Origin: a virus
Taxonomy: Duplodnaviria > Heunggongvirae > Uroviricota > Caudoviricetes
Virus record (IMG/VR): IMGVR_UViG_647533160_000003
Direction: 5' to 3' (one strand)
Length of the DNA stretch: 64,000 bases
Positions 39,118-49,675 of the stretch are shown here, in pieces (position 1 is the stretch's first letter; every line of letters begins with the position of its first letter). The notes beneath the pieces were generated by a model. It was not told the origin of the DNA and made no database searches. It saw only the letters and a list, made by a program, of their open reading frames with translations. The position numbers were made by a program, and so were the translations under genes.

Positions 39118-42100
39118 ATGGAACAGTTCAAGAAGAAAAAATTACCGCTTCTTATTGCCGGTGCTGGTGGCAAGAAAAGTAAAAGCTCCAGCCGTACCCC
39201 GGTTGAAGCTGATGATACTGTCAATTCTCGTGCTATGGCAGCCATCCTCGACCTTCTTGGCGAGGGGGTTATCGGTGGCCTGGTAAATGGCGCAAAGTCG
39301 ATCTTCATCGACGATTTACCGATCTTGAATGAAGATGGCTCTTCCAACTTCAGCGGTATTACATGGGATTTTCGTGACGGCTCACAAGACCAGACGCCAA
39401 TGGCTGGTTTTGATTTTGTTGAAACGCCTAAGTCCGTAAATATTCAGCTCAAAAAAACACACGACGTTACGGTTTCAATCGATAACGATGAAGCTGATCG
39501 CGTTCGTGTCATCATGAAATTCCCCTCTTTACGTAGCGTTGATAAAAGCTCTGGCGATACAAATGGCACTACGGTGAAGTACAAATTCCAGATCGCCAAC
39601 GGAGACGCAACATTTTCTGATGTAGTGGCAGAAGGTGAGAAAAGCGTTGATATCACGCTAACGGCAAAGAAAACCGGCGTGTATTACCGTAGCTATGAGC
39701 TGAAACTGCCTAAGCCTGGTCGTGCATACAAGGTTAGGGTGATTCGTCTTACAGATGATAACAGTAGCCAGTACCTCTACAACGACACATGGGTTGATTC
39801 CATCGGTGAGATTGTAGATACACCCATGAACTACCCTAACTCTGCACTTGTTGGCTTAAAGGTCAATTCAGAGCAGTTTGGTAGCACAATGCCTTCTCGT
39901 TCGTATTTGGTACGCGGTATCAAAATTCGAGTGCCGTCAAACTACAACGAATACACCAATACTTATGTCGGCGTATGGGACGGTACTTTTAAGCTGTTGT
40001 CTTCTTCAAACCCTGCGTGGATTCTCTACGATTTGCTTACCAATACTCGGTATGGTCTTGGGCAATTTGTGTCGGAATCCATGATTGACCTCGGCCAGCT
40101 CTACCAGATTGGTCGATATTGTGACGAAGAGGTCGATGATGGCTTTGGGGGTAAAGAGAAACGCTTTGCAATCAATACGCAGATCACCAGTCGACAAGAC
40201 GCATACCGATTAATTCAGGATATTGCTGGTGCATTCCGCGGCATGGTGTTTTGGGCTGGTGGCATGGTTAACATCATGCAGGATAGCCCATCAGATCCGG
40301 TAATGATGTTTACCAACTCCAACGTCAAAGATGGACTGTTTACCTATAAAGGTTCTGCGCGTAAAGATCGCCCATCCGTTGCGCTCGTAACCTACAACAA
40401 CAAGGAGGACGGTTATAAGCAAAACATCGAGTACGTTGAAGATCAGGACGCAATGCGCCGTTATGGTGAGCGTAAAACAGAAGTCGTAGCATTTGGATGT
40501 ACAAGCCGAGGCCAGGCTCACCGAGTTGGTTTGTGGCTTTTGTATACCGCCAGAATGGAGTCGGATGTAATTACATTTACTGCCGGCTTAGACGCCTCAT
40601 TTCTGATGCCTGGTGAAACCGTTCTGATTCAGAACAAATATCGTGCAGGTAAACGTAACTCCGGTCGAATTGTGGAGTTTACCAAAAACAGCATCACTCT
40701 CGATGCGCCTGTGTCGTTAGCTAAAAGCGGCAGCTTTATTCGGATATTGAATCAGGAAGGCAAAATCGTTGAACGCGATGTTCTTGAAACTGGCGAAAAC
40801 ATAACAAAGGTTACGTTTTCAAAAGCCCTGTCGTCAGCGGAAACGCCTGTTTTGAACGGTGTCTGGACAATTACAGAACCAGATCTCGAACCTATGCGCG
40901 TTCGCATCGTTAACATCGCTCAGGGGGAAACGTCGGGTAGCTTTGACATCACCGCTGTTGAAAACAATCCGTCTAAATATGAGGCGATCGACAATGGTGC
41001 AACGCTTATCCCGCAGAATACGACGGTATTGGACCCGACTTACTCCAAGCCGTCTAATTTGCAAATCACTGAAGGGACTTACCTCTCAAGCCCGGGTAAC
41101 CTGTCAGTAAAACTGACTGCAACATGGGAAGGGAAATCTCCAGAGTATTGGATCAGTTGGCGACGTTCTGATGAAAACAATGTATCGAACTGGAAATCGG
41201 CGCGTGTAACCGAAGAGCAATACGAAATTGTTAATGTCGCGGAGAATGGACGCTACGACTTCCAACTGTATGCGGTTTCATTCAACGGTAAAAAAACAGA
41301 AATTATCAGTACCGTTTATCAGGTGCTGGGCACAATGACACCGCCGGATGCACCAACGTCATTAACGGCCGTTGGAGACTATCGTAATGTGATACTGAAT
41401 TGGGTTAATCCAGATTCGGTAGACCTTGATCACATTAATGTTTACGCATCCCAGACCAATAATCTGGATACGGCGAAACTGATCGCAGAGTCTGCAAGCA
41501 CCACCTTTACACATGCTGGTCTTGGGGATAGTGAAACGTGGTATTACTGGGTTCGAGCTTCGAACAAGCGCGGCATGTTAAGTCCTCCGAACTCAAACTT
41601 GGGTACAGAGGCGACAACTCGCGATGTACTGTCGTTCCTGGAAGGTAAGATTACATCGTCTGAGCTTGGTCAGGCTCTGCTTGAGGACCTCAACAGCAAA
41701 GCCTCTCAAGAAGCAGTTGACGAGTTAAATGAGCATATCAACCAGAGCGTCGAATCTTTGGAGGGGGCGGTAAACGACGTTAAGGAAGATATAGCTGAAT
41801 TAGATAAGCAGTTCAGCGATAACCTCGCGGATTTTGAAATAAAATTCAACGAGCGTAGCGATGCTTTGGAGAACGCACAAACCGAGCTTAAAGGTGAGGT
41901 TTCGGCAACGATCGACAAGGTCAATGAAGCGTTTGAAAAAATTGATGCTACTGATGCTGCAATTGTTGAAATCGAAAACACCGTATCTGAACACGATAAA
42001 GCTCTCGCTAATACAGTCGAGGCAATAAAGGCTGCAAGAGATGAAGCGGCGGCTCTTATTGCTAAGGAAAGCGAGGCTCGTGTTGAAGGCGATGCTGCAA

Positions 42101-43842
42101 ACGCTAAACAACTGGAAGTGTTGCAGTCAACGGTAGAGGAAAGCTCCGCTGCTGTTGAAGAAATGAAAAAGACGGTTGCAGAGGTCGATCGTGCCAGTGC
42201 AGAACTGACTACGAACATTGAGGCGTTAGCCAAAACAAATATTGACCTGGCTCTTCGTCAAGATGAAGACCAGCACAAGCAGATGGTCAATAACGCGAAG
42301 ATCGCAACAACACAGAAAACCTTTGCTGATGATATGTCTGCAATGGCCACGAAGGTTGAGGAAATTCGCGTAGAAATTGGCGAAGACATTAAGGCCAGTA
42401 TTCTGGAAGAGTCCACCGCTCGTGCCGATGGCGATGAAGCGTTGGCAAAGCGTGTCACTCAGCTGCAATCTAAGTTTGAAGGAGATATCAGCGCGGCGAT
42501 TAGTACAGAGCAGGAGGCTCGTACATCTGCCGATGAAGCTCTGACGACACAGATCACTCAGCTTGAGTCGAAAGTAAGCAACGATATCGTCGCAGCTATT
42601 AAGGAAGAGCAAGAAGCCCGAGCAACGGAAGATTCGGCTCTGGCAAGCCAGATCACCCAACTTCAGGCAAAGGTTGATGATGATATTTCTGCTGCAATAC
42701 GTAGTGAGCAGGAGGCTCGAGCAAGCGGGGACTCTGCGTTAGCCAAACAAATAAACCAGCTTCAGTCAAAGGTTGACGGTGATATATCCGCTGCCATCAC
42801 TCAGGAGCAGGAGGCCAGAGCAAGTGCTGACCAGGCGCTCTCACGAGAAATTAACAGCCTGCGAGCACAAACCGGAACTGATATTGCCGCAGCGGTTGCT
42901 GTAGAGACAAAGGCAAGGACTGATGCCGATAGTGCATTGTCCACTCAGATTTCGTCTCTTACAGCAAAAGCTAATGATCTCGAGGCATCTCTTGCCAGAG
43001 AAACAACGGCTCGTGCAGATGGCGATACCGCTTTAACAAAAGAGGTTTCAAGTTTAAAAGCACAGACTGCGAAAGATATTAGTGCGGCCGTTGCAGTGGA
43101 AACGCAGGCTCGAACTGATGCTGACTCGGCGTTGTCATCTCAGATCACCAAGCTGACCTCTCAATACAAAGAGGATATTAAAGCGGCTGTAGCAACCGAA
43201 ACGAAAACGCGTACAGAGCAAGATGCGGCATTGGCGACTCAAATCACAAAATTAGAGTCTCAAACAGCAGCCAACATTTCTGCGGCGGTCACAACTGAAA
43301 CGACAGCGAGAACGCAGGCAGATAATGCTCTAAGTGGGCGAATCGATACTCTGAAAGCAGAGGTGGATGGAAATACCGCGACAATTCAACAGCAGGCAAC
43401 AGCCATTGCTGATACCAACAAAAAAGTCTCAACCGCGTGGACGTTGAAAATGGAGACTTCAACGAGCGGAGGGCAGAAGTATGTTGCCGGTATTGCGCTT
43501 GGTATCGACACCACCGGTCTTTCTCAGTTTTTGGTGCAGGCGGACAGATTTGGTTTGGTCAACTCTGTTAACGGGAAGATCACCACGCCATTTGTTATCG
43601 AAAACAGTATCGCCTATATGAATGGTGCGTATATCAAGGATGGCACAATCACCAATGCAAAAGTAGGCGATCTGCAATCTACCAATTTTGTTAGCGGTAG
43701 ATCTGGATGGCGGTTCGGCAAAAATGGAACGCTTGAGATCAACGGTAATAGCGGCGGCAATGGGCGATTGGTTATAAATGGTCAGCGGATTGACGTTTAT
43801 GACGATAACAACGTCTTACGAGTAAGAATTGGCCTTCTGTGA
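39118..43842 (+). CDS. Host specificity / central tail fibre protein (lambda gpJ-like) with internal tandem coiled-coil repeats
   Basis: ~1575 aa after gpI-like gene; ~33-aa repeats (EQEARASADxAL..QI.QLQSKVD.DISAAI) in 42.4-43.4 kb. Confidence 0.8.
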   Translation: MEQFKKKKLPLLIAGAGGKKSKSSSRTPVEADDTVNSRAMAAILDLLGEGVIGGLVNGAKSIFIDDLPILNEDGSSNFSGITWDFRDGSQDQTPMAGFDFVETPKSVNIQLKKTHDVTVSIDNDEADRVRVIMKFPSLRSVDKSSGDTNGTTVKYKFQIANGDATFSDVVAEGEKSVDITLTAKKTGVYYRSYELKLPKPGRAYKVRVIRLTDDNSSQYLYNDTWVDSIGEIVDTPMNYPNSALVGLKVNSEQFGSTMPSRSYLVRGIKIRVPSNYNEYTNTYVGVWDGTFKLLSSSNPAWILYDLLTNTRYGLGQFVSESMIDLGQLYQIGRYCDEEVDDGFGGKEKRFAINTQITSRQDAYRLIQDIAGAFRGMVFWAGGMVNIMQDSPSDPVMMFTNSNVKDGLFTYKGSARKDRPSVALVTYNNKEDGYKQNIEYVEDQDAMRRYGERKTEVVAFGCTSRGQAHRVGLWLLYTARMESDVITFTAGLDASFLMPGETVLIQNKYRAGKRNSGRIVEFTKNSITLDAPVSLAKSGSFIRILNQEGKIVERDVLETGENITKVTFSKALSSAETPVLNGVWTITEPDLEPMRVRIVNIAQGETSGSFDITAVENNPSKYEAIDNGATLIPQNTTVLDPTYSKPSNLQITEGTYLSSPGNLSVKLTATWEGKSPEYWISWRRSDENNVSNWKSARVTEEQYEIVNVAENGRYDFQLYAVSFNGKKTEIISTVYQVLGTMTPPDAPTSLTAVGDYRNVILNWVNPDSVDLDHINVYASQTNNLDTAKLIAESASTTFTHAGLGDSETWYYWVRASNKRGMLSPPNSNLGTEATTRDVLSFLEGKITSSELGQALLEDLNSKASQEAVDELNEHINQSVESLEGAVNDVKEDIAELDKQFSDNLADFEIKFNERSDALENAQTELKGEVSATIDKVNEAFEKIDATDAAIVEIENTVSEHDKALANTVEAIKAARDEAAALIAKESEARVEGDAANAKQLEVLQSTVEESSAAVEEMKKTVAEVDRASAELTTNIEALAKTNIDLALRQDEDQHKQMVNNAKIATTQKTFADDMSAMATKVEEIRVEIGEDIKASILEESTARADGDEALAKRVTQLQSKFEGDISAAISTEQEARTSADEALTTQITQLESKVSNDIVAAIKEEQEARATEDSALASQITQLQAKVDDDISAAIRSEQEARASGDSALAKQINQLQSKVDGDISAAITQEQEARASADQALSREINSLRAQTGTDIAAAVAVETKARTDADSALSTQISSLTAKANDLEASLARETTARADGDTALTKEVSSLKAQTAKDISAAVAVETQARTDADSALSSQITKLTSQYKEDIKAAVATETKTRTEQDAALATQITKLESQTAANISAAVTTETTARTQADNALSGRIDTLKAEVDGNTATIQQQATAIADTNKKVSTAWTLKMETSTSGGQKYVAGIALGIDTTGLSQFLVQADRFGLVNSVNGKITTPFVIENSIAYMNGAYIKDGTITNAKVGDLQSTNFVSGRSGWRFGKNGTLEINGNSGGNGRLVINGQRIDVYDDNNVLRVRIGLL
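42400..43360 (+). repeat. Intragenic tandem repeats (~99 bp units, ~9-10 copies) inside J-like gene
   Basis: Repeated peptide unit visible in translation. Confidence 0.7.
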
Positions 43843-43873
43843 TGGTAGAAAAAAATATTTATATCGGTAAAAA

Positions 43874-43891
43874 TAAGTAGGTACTTACTTA
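43874..43891. promoter_or_regulatory. TAAGTAGGTACTTACTTA palindrome upstream of tail fibre gene
   Basis: Motif family also at 18168, 23458, 25063, 26885, 36957, 49256, 55481, 60749, 61624. Confidence 0.5.
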
Positions 43892-43935
43892 ATGGTGGGC
43901 AAGGATAGCCCACCAAATCAAGGAGCATATTCAAC

Positions 43936-46900
43936 ATGTGGTACAGGGAAGGTACTATCACATTTACACAGGGTAGTAATACTCTGGTTGGGGTTGGGAC
44001 AGCCTGGAACGTAACAGCTAATGGTGTGTTGCCGGGGATGATCGTCATTGGCCCCGACAATAAGCTGTATGAGATCAAGCGCGTAACAAGCGATACGAAC
44101 ATTGTTCTCTCAGAACCTTATACCGGTGAAACTCAGTCTGAAGTTCCGTGCCGAATCATTACTACCTATGAAGGCGACTTAACACAGTTTAGCGCGCGCT
44201 TTACCGCGCTAATGTCGCGTATGTCGGCTGATTCCAAGTCCATGCGTAGTTGGTTGACTGCTCTGGATGAGGTGACAATCGAGCGTGAAGACGGTACAGA
44301 AGTGACCGTTAAGCCGCTGATGCAGATCGTCAACGAGCACAACGAAAACGTTGAGTGGTATAAAAATAACACTGACGCGATTGATGCCGCTGGTGACAAA
44401 GCTCGTGAGGCGGCGGCCAGTGCTGCCGCAGCAGCAGAAAGCGCCAATACCGCTGGAGAAAAAGCATCTCAAGCGTCTCAAAGTGCATCCGCTGCGGCAT
44501 CCTCACAAAGTGCCGCAAGTGCGAGTGCAACTGCTGCGAAAAAATCTGAAACGAACGCAGAATCAGCATATCTAGCGGCAGCAGAATCAGCGTCTGTAGC
44601 GTCGACCAAAGCATCGGAGGCAGCAACATCTGCGTCCAGTGCCTCTGCATCTAAGGATGCAGCCAAAGCATCAGAGACTAACGCTTCATCGAGTGCAAAC
44701 GCGGCTGCATCATTTGCAACAGAAGCTGAAAATTCGTCTAAGGCAGCAAAAGCGTCAGAGACAAACGCAAAAGCATCTGAAACGGCAGCCGGGCAGAGTG
44801 CATCGTCTGCAAACAGTTCGAAATCTGCGGCAGAAGCGTCAGCAAGCGCAGCCTCAGCAAGTGCGGATAGAGCTTCATCAAGTGCAACTGCGGCAGGAAA
44901 ATCTGCGGAAAGCGCGTCGTCGTCAGCGACAACAGCTACCGCAAAAGCGACTGAGGCGACGAATCAGGCTACAGCCGCTAAAAATTCAGCATCGGCAGCA
45001 AAATCCTCTGAAACAAATGCAAAGGCTTCTGAAGATAATGCCGCTTCCTCTAAAGAGGCAGCTGCTGAATCTGCAAGTTCTGCGTCTGCATCAGCCACCT
45101 CGGCATCCGCTTCAAAAGATGAGGCGACCAAGCAGGCATCAGCTGCGAAGGGGAGTGCTTCAACGGCATCCACGAAAGCAACAGAGGCGGCAGGCAGTGC
45201 GACGGCTGCATCTCAGAGCAAAGCTGCTGCTGAATCCGCTGCGACCCGTGCAGAAGCTGCCGCTGATCGTGCTGAAGAGATTGCCGGTGCCGTTGCGATG
45301 GAAGACGCAAGCCTTACCACCAAAGGTGTTGTGAAACTTAGCAGTGCTGTCGACAGCACCAGTGAATCGCTGGCCGCAACGCCAAAAGCAGTTAAAGCAG
45401 CCAATGACAATGCGAATAGCAGGGTGCCATCTAACCGAAAAGTTAACGGTAAAGCACTGACTGCGGATATCACATTAACGCCGAAAGATATTGGTACTTT
45501 AAATTCAGTAACGATGTCTTTCTCTGGCGGGGCTGGGTGGTTCAAACTGGCTACGGTTACCATGCCACAAGCGAGTTCCATCGTTTACATCGCATTGATT
45601 GGTGGCGCTGGTTACAACGTCGGCTCCCCACATCAGGCAGGCATTTCAGAACTGGTTCTACGAGCAGGCAATGGAAACCCCAAAGGGATTACCGGTGCTT
45701 TGTGGAAGCGGACAGCCGTCGGATTAACGAATTTCGCCTGGATCAACACATCCGGCGATACATATGATATTTACGTTGAGATTGGCAATTATGCGACTAG
45801 TGTAAATATCCATTGGGATTGTACTGCAAATGCGACAGTTTCTATTTATACATCGCCAACATATTCAGCGAGTAAGCCTTCCAGCGTTACCGATGGTGTT
45901 GTTTATACGATGTATAGCACACATCAGAAACCGACGCCGTTAGATATTGGAGCACTGCCAACAACCGGAGGAACAGTTTCAGGTCCGTTGTCTGTTACTG
46001 GTGGGATCACCGGAACATTAAATGGTAATGCAAGTACAGCAACGAAATTGCAGACGGCAAGATCTATCGGTGGAGTTGGTTTCGACGGTTCTGCAAATAT
46101 CAACCTTCCAGGTGTAAATACTACGGGTAATCAGAACACCACTGGTAATGCTGCAACTGCTACAAAACTTCAGACGGCAAGAACTATCGGCGGCGTGAGC
46201 TTTGATGGTACTGCGAATATTAATTTGCCAGGTGTTAATACGACTGGTAATCAGAATACAACGGGCAACGCGGCTACTGCTACGAAGTTGCAGACTGCAC
46301 GTACTATCAATGGGGTGTCGTTTGACGGCTCGGCAAATATTTCCTTGTCGCCAGCAAATATAGGTTGCCCGGCATCTCCTACTGGTTGGTTAACTACAGG
46401 AAGTAATGGCGGAGCAATAACAACAGCACAGTTAGTGACGTTATTGCAAAATAATGGAGCATTTAACACAAAGTCATGGATTGCTCGATGTGCGTGGGCC
46501 TATGCCAATAGTGCAACCATACCAAACAGTGAAACTGGTTGTGGCGTTATTCCATTGGCAGGAGCTGTTATAGAGGTATTTAATAACGGTAGTAGCTCAA
46601 ACAATTATACGATCCGTATAACAACGGCCACAACGACGAGTGTCTCTGGTGCTCTCACTAATGCGGAGTTTATCTATGTATTTAATGGCACAGATTATTC
46701 TCCGGGATGGCGAAGAGTATATAACACGAAAAACAAACCAACAGCCTCTGATGTCGGTGCATTACCTCTTACCGGTGGTACATTATCTGGAGGTTTGACA
46801 TCTTCTGGCGAGATCATTTCAAAATATGCAAATGGTTTCCGCATTGCTTACGGTAGCTTTGGGTTCTTTATCCGTAATGATGGATCGAACACATATTTCA

Positions 46901-48093
46901 TGCTAACAGCATCAGGAGACACATTAGGTTCATGGAACGGTTTGCGACCTATTACAATTAATAATACCAGCGGTGCGGTATCAATTGGTAATGGACTAAA
47001 TGTGACTGGTGGCGTAAATGGTAGTTTGAACGGTAATGCTTCAACAGCTACGAAGTTGCAAACAGCGAGAAACATCAATGGTGTTAAGTTTGATGGCTCA
47101 GGCGATATCAACATTAATACACTGGTATCTCGTGGCCGAGTTACGGCATTAAGCGGCTCTACTCAAGGCACTGCTGGCATTCAAATGTACGAGGCGTACA
47201 ACAATAGCTACCCGACCACGTATGGCAACGTATTGCACATGAAAGGTGCGAGTGCTGCTGGTGAGGGCGAGTTGCTTATTGGCTGGAGTGGTACGAGCGG
47301 TGCACATGCGCCAGTTTTCATTCGCTCACGAAGAGATACCACAGATGCGGCATGGTCAGCGTGGGCGCAGCTATATACTGCTAAGGATTCAATCCCTGGT
47401 GTGAATACAACCGGTAATCAGAATACTACTGGTAATGCCGCAACAGCCACAAAATTGCAGACAGCAAGGAAAATTGCTGGTGTGGCGTTTGATGGCTCTG
47501 CCGATATTACTTTGACTGCGGCTAACCTTAATGCTTATACGAAAACAGAGGTAACAAACCTTCTAAGTTCCTATGCAAGCAGATCATCACTGACAGGCTA
47601 TAGTGGCAACCTGGATATTATTGCTGAAACACTGGTTGTCAAATCAGGCGGTAGTGGAGGGTTTGCTATATGGGATATTGGCACAACTACTAGCGGTGCC
47701 AATATGTACATTGATCCAAACCCTGGTATCAATACAGTTTGGCGTTCAACATCTTCAAGGCGCTATAAAAAGGATATTGAAACATTACAAGATCGATATG
47801 CTGATGAACTTTTGTCATTAAGACCTGTTTGGTATCGTTCAATTTGTCGAGGTGACCGAAAGGATTGGGGGTATTACGGCCTTATTGCTGAAGAGGTTGG
47901 TGAGATTGCCCCGCAATATGTCCATTGGCGTGAACCAACAAATAATGATTCTCCAGAAGATATTTCCTCAAATGGTATGGTCGCTGAAGGGGTGATGTAT
48001 GAGCGTTTGGTTGTACCACTCATTCATCATATTCAGCAATTGACCAAAAGGGTTGAGGAGCTTGAAACGAAGTTAAATTCACCTAAAGAATAA
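43936..48093 (+). CDS. Tail fibre protein with Ala/Ser-rich repeats, ~40-aa fibre repeats and C-terminal intramolecular-chaperone (peptidase S74-like) domain
   Basis: N-terminal 'SASxAAxxSExNA' repeats; repeated 'GNAATATKLQTAR.I.GV.FDGSANI'; C-terminal 'YKKDIETLQDRYADELLSLRPVWYRS...GLIAEEVGEIAPQYV' typical of autocleaving fibre chaperone domains. Confidence 0.85.
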   Translation: MWYREGTITFTQGSNTLVGVGTAWNVTANGVLPGMIVIGPDNKLYEIKRVTSDTNIVLSEPYTGETQSEVPCRIITTYEGDLTQFSARFTALMSRMSADSKSMRSWLTALDEVTIEREDGTEVTVKPLMQIVNEHNENVEWYKNNTDAIDAAGDKAREAAASAAAAAESANTAGEKASQASQSASAAASSQSAASASATAAKKSETNAESAYLAAAESASVASTKASEAATSASSASASKDAAKASETNASSSANAAASFATEAENSSKAAKASETNAKASETAAGQSASSANSSKSAAEASASAASASADRASSSATAAGKSAESASSSATTATAKATEATNQATAAKNSASAAKSSETNAKASEDNAASSKEAAAESASSASASATSASASKDEATKQASAAKGSASTASTKATEAAGSATAASQSKAAAESAATRAEAAADRAEEIAGAVAMEDASLTTKGVVKLSSAVDSTSESLAATPKAVKAANDNANSRVPSNRKVNGKALTADITLTPKDIGTLNSVTMSFSGGAGWFKLATVTMPQASSIVYIALIGGAGYNVGSPHQAGISELVLRAGNGNPKGITGALWKRTAVGLTNFAWINTSGDTYDIYVEIGNYATSVNIHWDCTANATVSIYTSPTYSASKPSSVTDGVVYTMYSTHQKPTPLDIGALPTTGGTVSGPLSVTGGITGTLNGNASTATKLQTARSIGGVGFDGSANINLPGVNTTGNQNTTGNAATATKLQTARTIGGVSFDGTANINLPGVNTTGNQNTTGNAATATKLQTARTINGVSFDGSANISLSPANIGCPASPTGWLTTGSNGGAITTAQLVTLLQNNGAFNTKSWIARCAWAYANSATIPNSETGCGVIPLAGAVIEVFNNGSSSNNYTIRITTATTTSVSGALTNAEFIYVFNGTDYSPGWRRVYNTKNKPTASDVGALPLTGGTLSGGLTSSGEIISKYANGFRIAYGSFGFFIRNDGSNTYFMLTASGDTLGSWNGLRPITINNTSGAVSIGNGLNVTGGVNGSLNGNASTATKLQTARNINGVKFDGSGDININTLVSRGRVTALSGSTQGTAGIQMYEAYNNSYPTTYGNVLHMKGASAAGEGELLIGWSGTSGAHAPVFIRSRRDTTDAAWSAWAQLYTAKDSIPGVNTTGNQNTTGNAATATKLQTARKIAGVAFDGSADITLTAANLNAYTKTEVTNLLSSYASRSSLTGYSGNLDIIAETLVVKSGGSGGFAIWDIGTTTSGANMYIDPNPGINTVWRSTSSRRYKKDIETLQDRYADELLSLRPVWYRSICRGDRKDWGYYGLIAEEVGEIAPQYVHWREPTNNDSPEDISSNGMVAEGVMYERLVVPLIHHIQQLTKRVEELETKLNSPKE
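46023..46346 (+). repeat. Three tandem ~120-bp repeats inside tail fibre gene (further diverged copies near 47020 and 47400)
   Basis: Direct repetition of ggtaatgc..acagcaacgaaattgcagacggcaaga.. Confidence 0.8.
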
Positions 48094-48105
48094 ACAACTT
48101 CAATC

Positions 48106-48128
48106 GGGGCTGGAACTAAACCAGCCCC
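48106..48128 (+). terminator. Terminator hairpin after tail fibre gene
   Basis: ggggctgg-aactaaa-ccagcccc. Confidence 0.6.
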
Positions 48129-48153
48129 TGCTTAAAAGTATAAGGATATATTT

Positions 48154-48408
48154 ATGAGCTATGGTGCACAGGTATGGTCGCCATCAAGACAGGAGATGGT
48201 CGATGCGTTGGCCCCTGTTTATTACCTCGATTATTTTACTCCCTCTGGTTCTGGAAGTAGAACATATGAGGTTGAGGCGGGATTGGGAATCGACTATTAC
48301 ATAATGGACGTAACCAATGGGAAATACACAAGTCTTACGGTTTCTGGAAATACCATTTCATGGTCTGGAGCTAGTGGCAATTTAAACATATTGGTTTTTC
48401 AAAAATAA
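48154..48408 (+). CDS. Hypothetical small protein downstream of tail fibre
   Basis: 84-aa ORF, AGGA RBS. Confidence 0.45.
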   Translation: MSYGAQVWSPSRQEMVDALAPVYYLDYFTPSGSGSRTYEVEAGLGIDYYIMDVTNGKYTSLTVSGNTISWSGASGNLNILVFQK

Positions 48409-49016
48409 TGTACGGAAGCAAGATATATCGATCTGACGGGAAGGTCTGGATGTCTCCTTCTTTGTCTCCTATCGTTTTTCAGAGAAAGCAGGTTGTTTCT
48501 TTGTCTGGCGGGACAGAGTTTAACACCCAAATATCTCCAGATCGTTCACCGATGATTTTTGTTGCCTATTCGAAAGCTGTTTCATTAATAGCCAACAGAA
48601 TAGTGCGTAACAACCAGGTGATTTACAGTTTCGGAGGTCAGGGTAGCGATTCTAGTGCCACGATATACGTATTTTCGAAAGGTATAGCCAAAAAAGAAAC
48701 TTGGGGCATGAGTTTTTTCAATGCGCGAGGAGAGGAGATCTATAATACGGCAAATATCCCACTTTCATTTACCTTTCTTAATAATACGGAGTGGAACAGT
48801 TCTGGAGGGCATGTTTTTGATTACCCGCCAGCGATAATCCCAACATATGCAAATGTGTTCGCGGTTCCAGTACCGGGCGGGGCCATGACAATGGTTTATG
48901 GATATGCGGCATATGGAAATACTGTTAGCTCGATATTCGTAAACCAACTTAATGGCGGCCATAGTTTTAGCGTAAATGGCAGAGTACCGGTAATAAATAG
49001 AAATCTGTATAACTGA
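48408..49016 (+). CDS. Hypothetical protein downstream of tail fibre
   Basis: 202-aa ORF overlapping upstream stop. Confidence 0.45.
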   Translation: MYGSKIYRSDGKVWMSPSLSPIVFQRKQVVSLSGGTEFNTQISPDRSPMIFVAYSKAVSLIANRIVRNNQVIYSFGGQGSDSSATIYVFSKGIAKKETWGMSFFNARGEEIYNTANIPLSFTFLNNTEWNSSGGHVFDYPPAIIPTYANVFAVPVPGGAMTMVYGYAAYGNTVSSIFVNQLNGGHSFSVNGRVPVINRNLYN

Positions 49017-49023
49017 TGAGTAA

Positions 49024-49257
49024 ATGATGAAAAGATTATTTCTAACAATAGCTGTTGTTCTCTCTCTTACTGGCTGCCAGAAATTGCCGACACCTATATG
49101 TTACGGTGAGGCTATCATTGGTGGACAGGAGACAGTCATACCCATATATGCTGTTAAAAAAGTGAACGACTATACCTTATACAAAGCGGGTAGCATCTAT
49201 AACTGGCGATGGGTAGGAGTAGGTGCTTTCTCATCAGTTCGTTGCAATGCTGAATGA
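49024..49257 (+). CDS. Small lipoprotein (possible superinfection-exclusion/receptor-blocking lipoprotein)
   Basis: Signal peptide with lipobox 'LSLTGC'; location next to tail fibre as for Cor/Llp-type genes (inference). Confidence 0.5.
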   Translation: MMKRLFLTIAVVLSLTGCQKLPTPICYGEAIIGGQETVIPIYAVKKVNDYTLYKAGSIYNWRWVGVGAFSSVRCNAE

Positions 49258-49326
49258 TAGGTAAGTACACACCTACAACAATAGGGTGAAATGTGATATA
49301 AATCCGCCATCCCGATTTGACTTTTC

Positions 49327-49662
49327 ATGGAGGAAAACATGTCGAACGAGATGGCGAGCGTTACAACAGAGCAAGTTGAGCGTATTGCCGCGATCGTTGC
49401 TCGGGAGGTTGTTGGCAAATTAGGTAAAGAGCTACGTGAAGAAATTGGCCAGGAGGTCAATGATCAGCTGAAAACCTACTTTGGTGATATGACCCCGGCG
49501 CAACATAGTATTCAACACTCCAATCTGGACAAACTCCTTAACCGGTTAGATTCCATCTCCAGTGGGTTCTTTGGCGGCATTGTTTCTAAAATAACGTCGT
49601 TCATTATTACTGCACTGCTTTTGGGGTTAGCCGCGTATGGCGTAAAAAATGGACTGCAATAA
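49327..49662 (+). CDS. Holin-like small membrane protein (putative)
   Basis: Single C-terminal TM segment; position at head of lysis cassette. Confidence 0.4.
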   Translation: MEENMSNEMASVTTEQVERIAAIVAREVVGKLGKELREEIGQEVNDQLKTYFGDMTPAQHSIQHSNLDKLLNRLDSISSGFFGGIVSKITSFIITALLLGLAAYGVKNGLQ

Positions 49663-49675
49663 CAGGAGATCAAGG

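Noticed and set aside
41706-42660. Minus-strand ORFs antisense to the J-like gene
   Set aside because: Fall in the repetitive coiled-coil region of J; Ser/Ala-rich low-complexity translations; no independent signals.
44639-45334. 231-aa alternative-frame ORF (and several antisense ORFs 44166-45581) within the tail fibre gene
   Set aside because: Generated by the low-complexity Ala/Ser repeat region of the fibre gene; Gln/Arg/Leu/Pro-rich products are frame artefacts.
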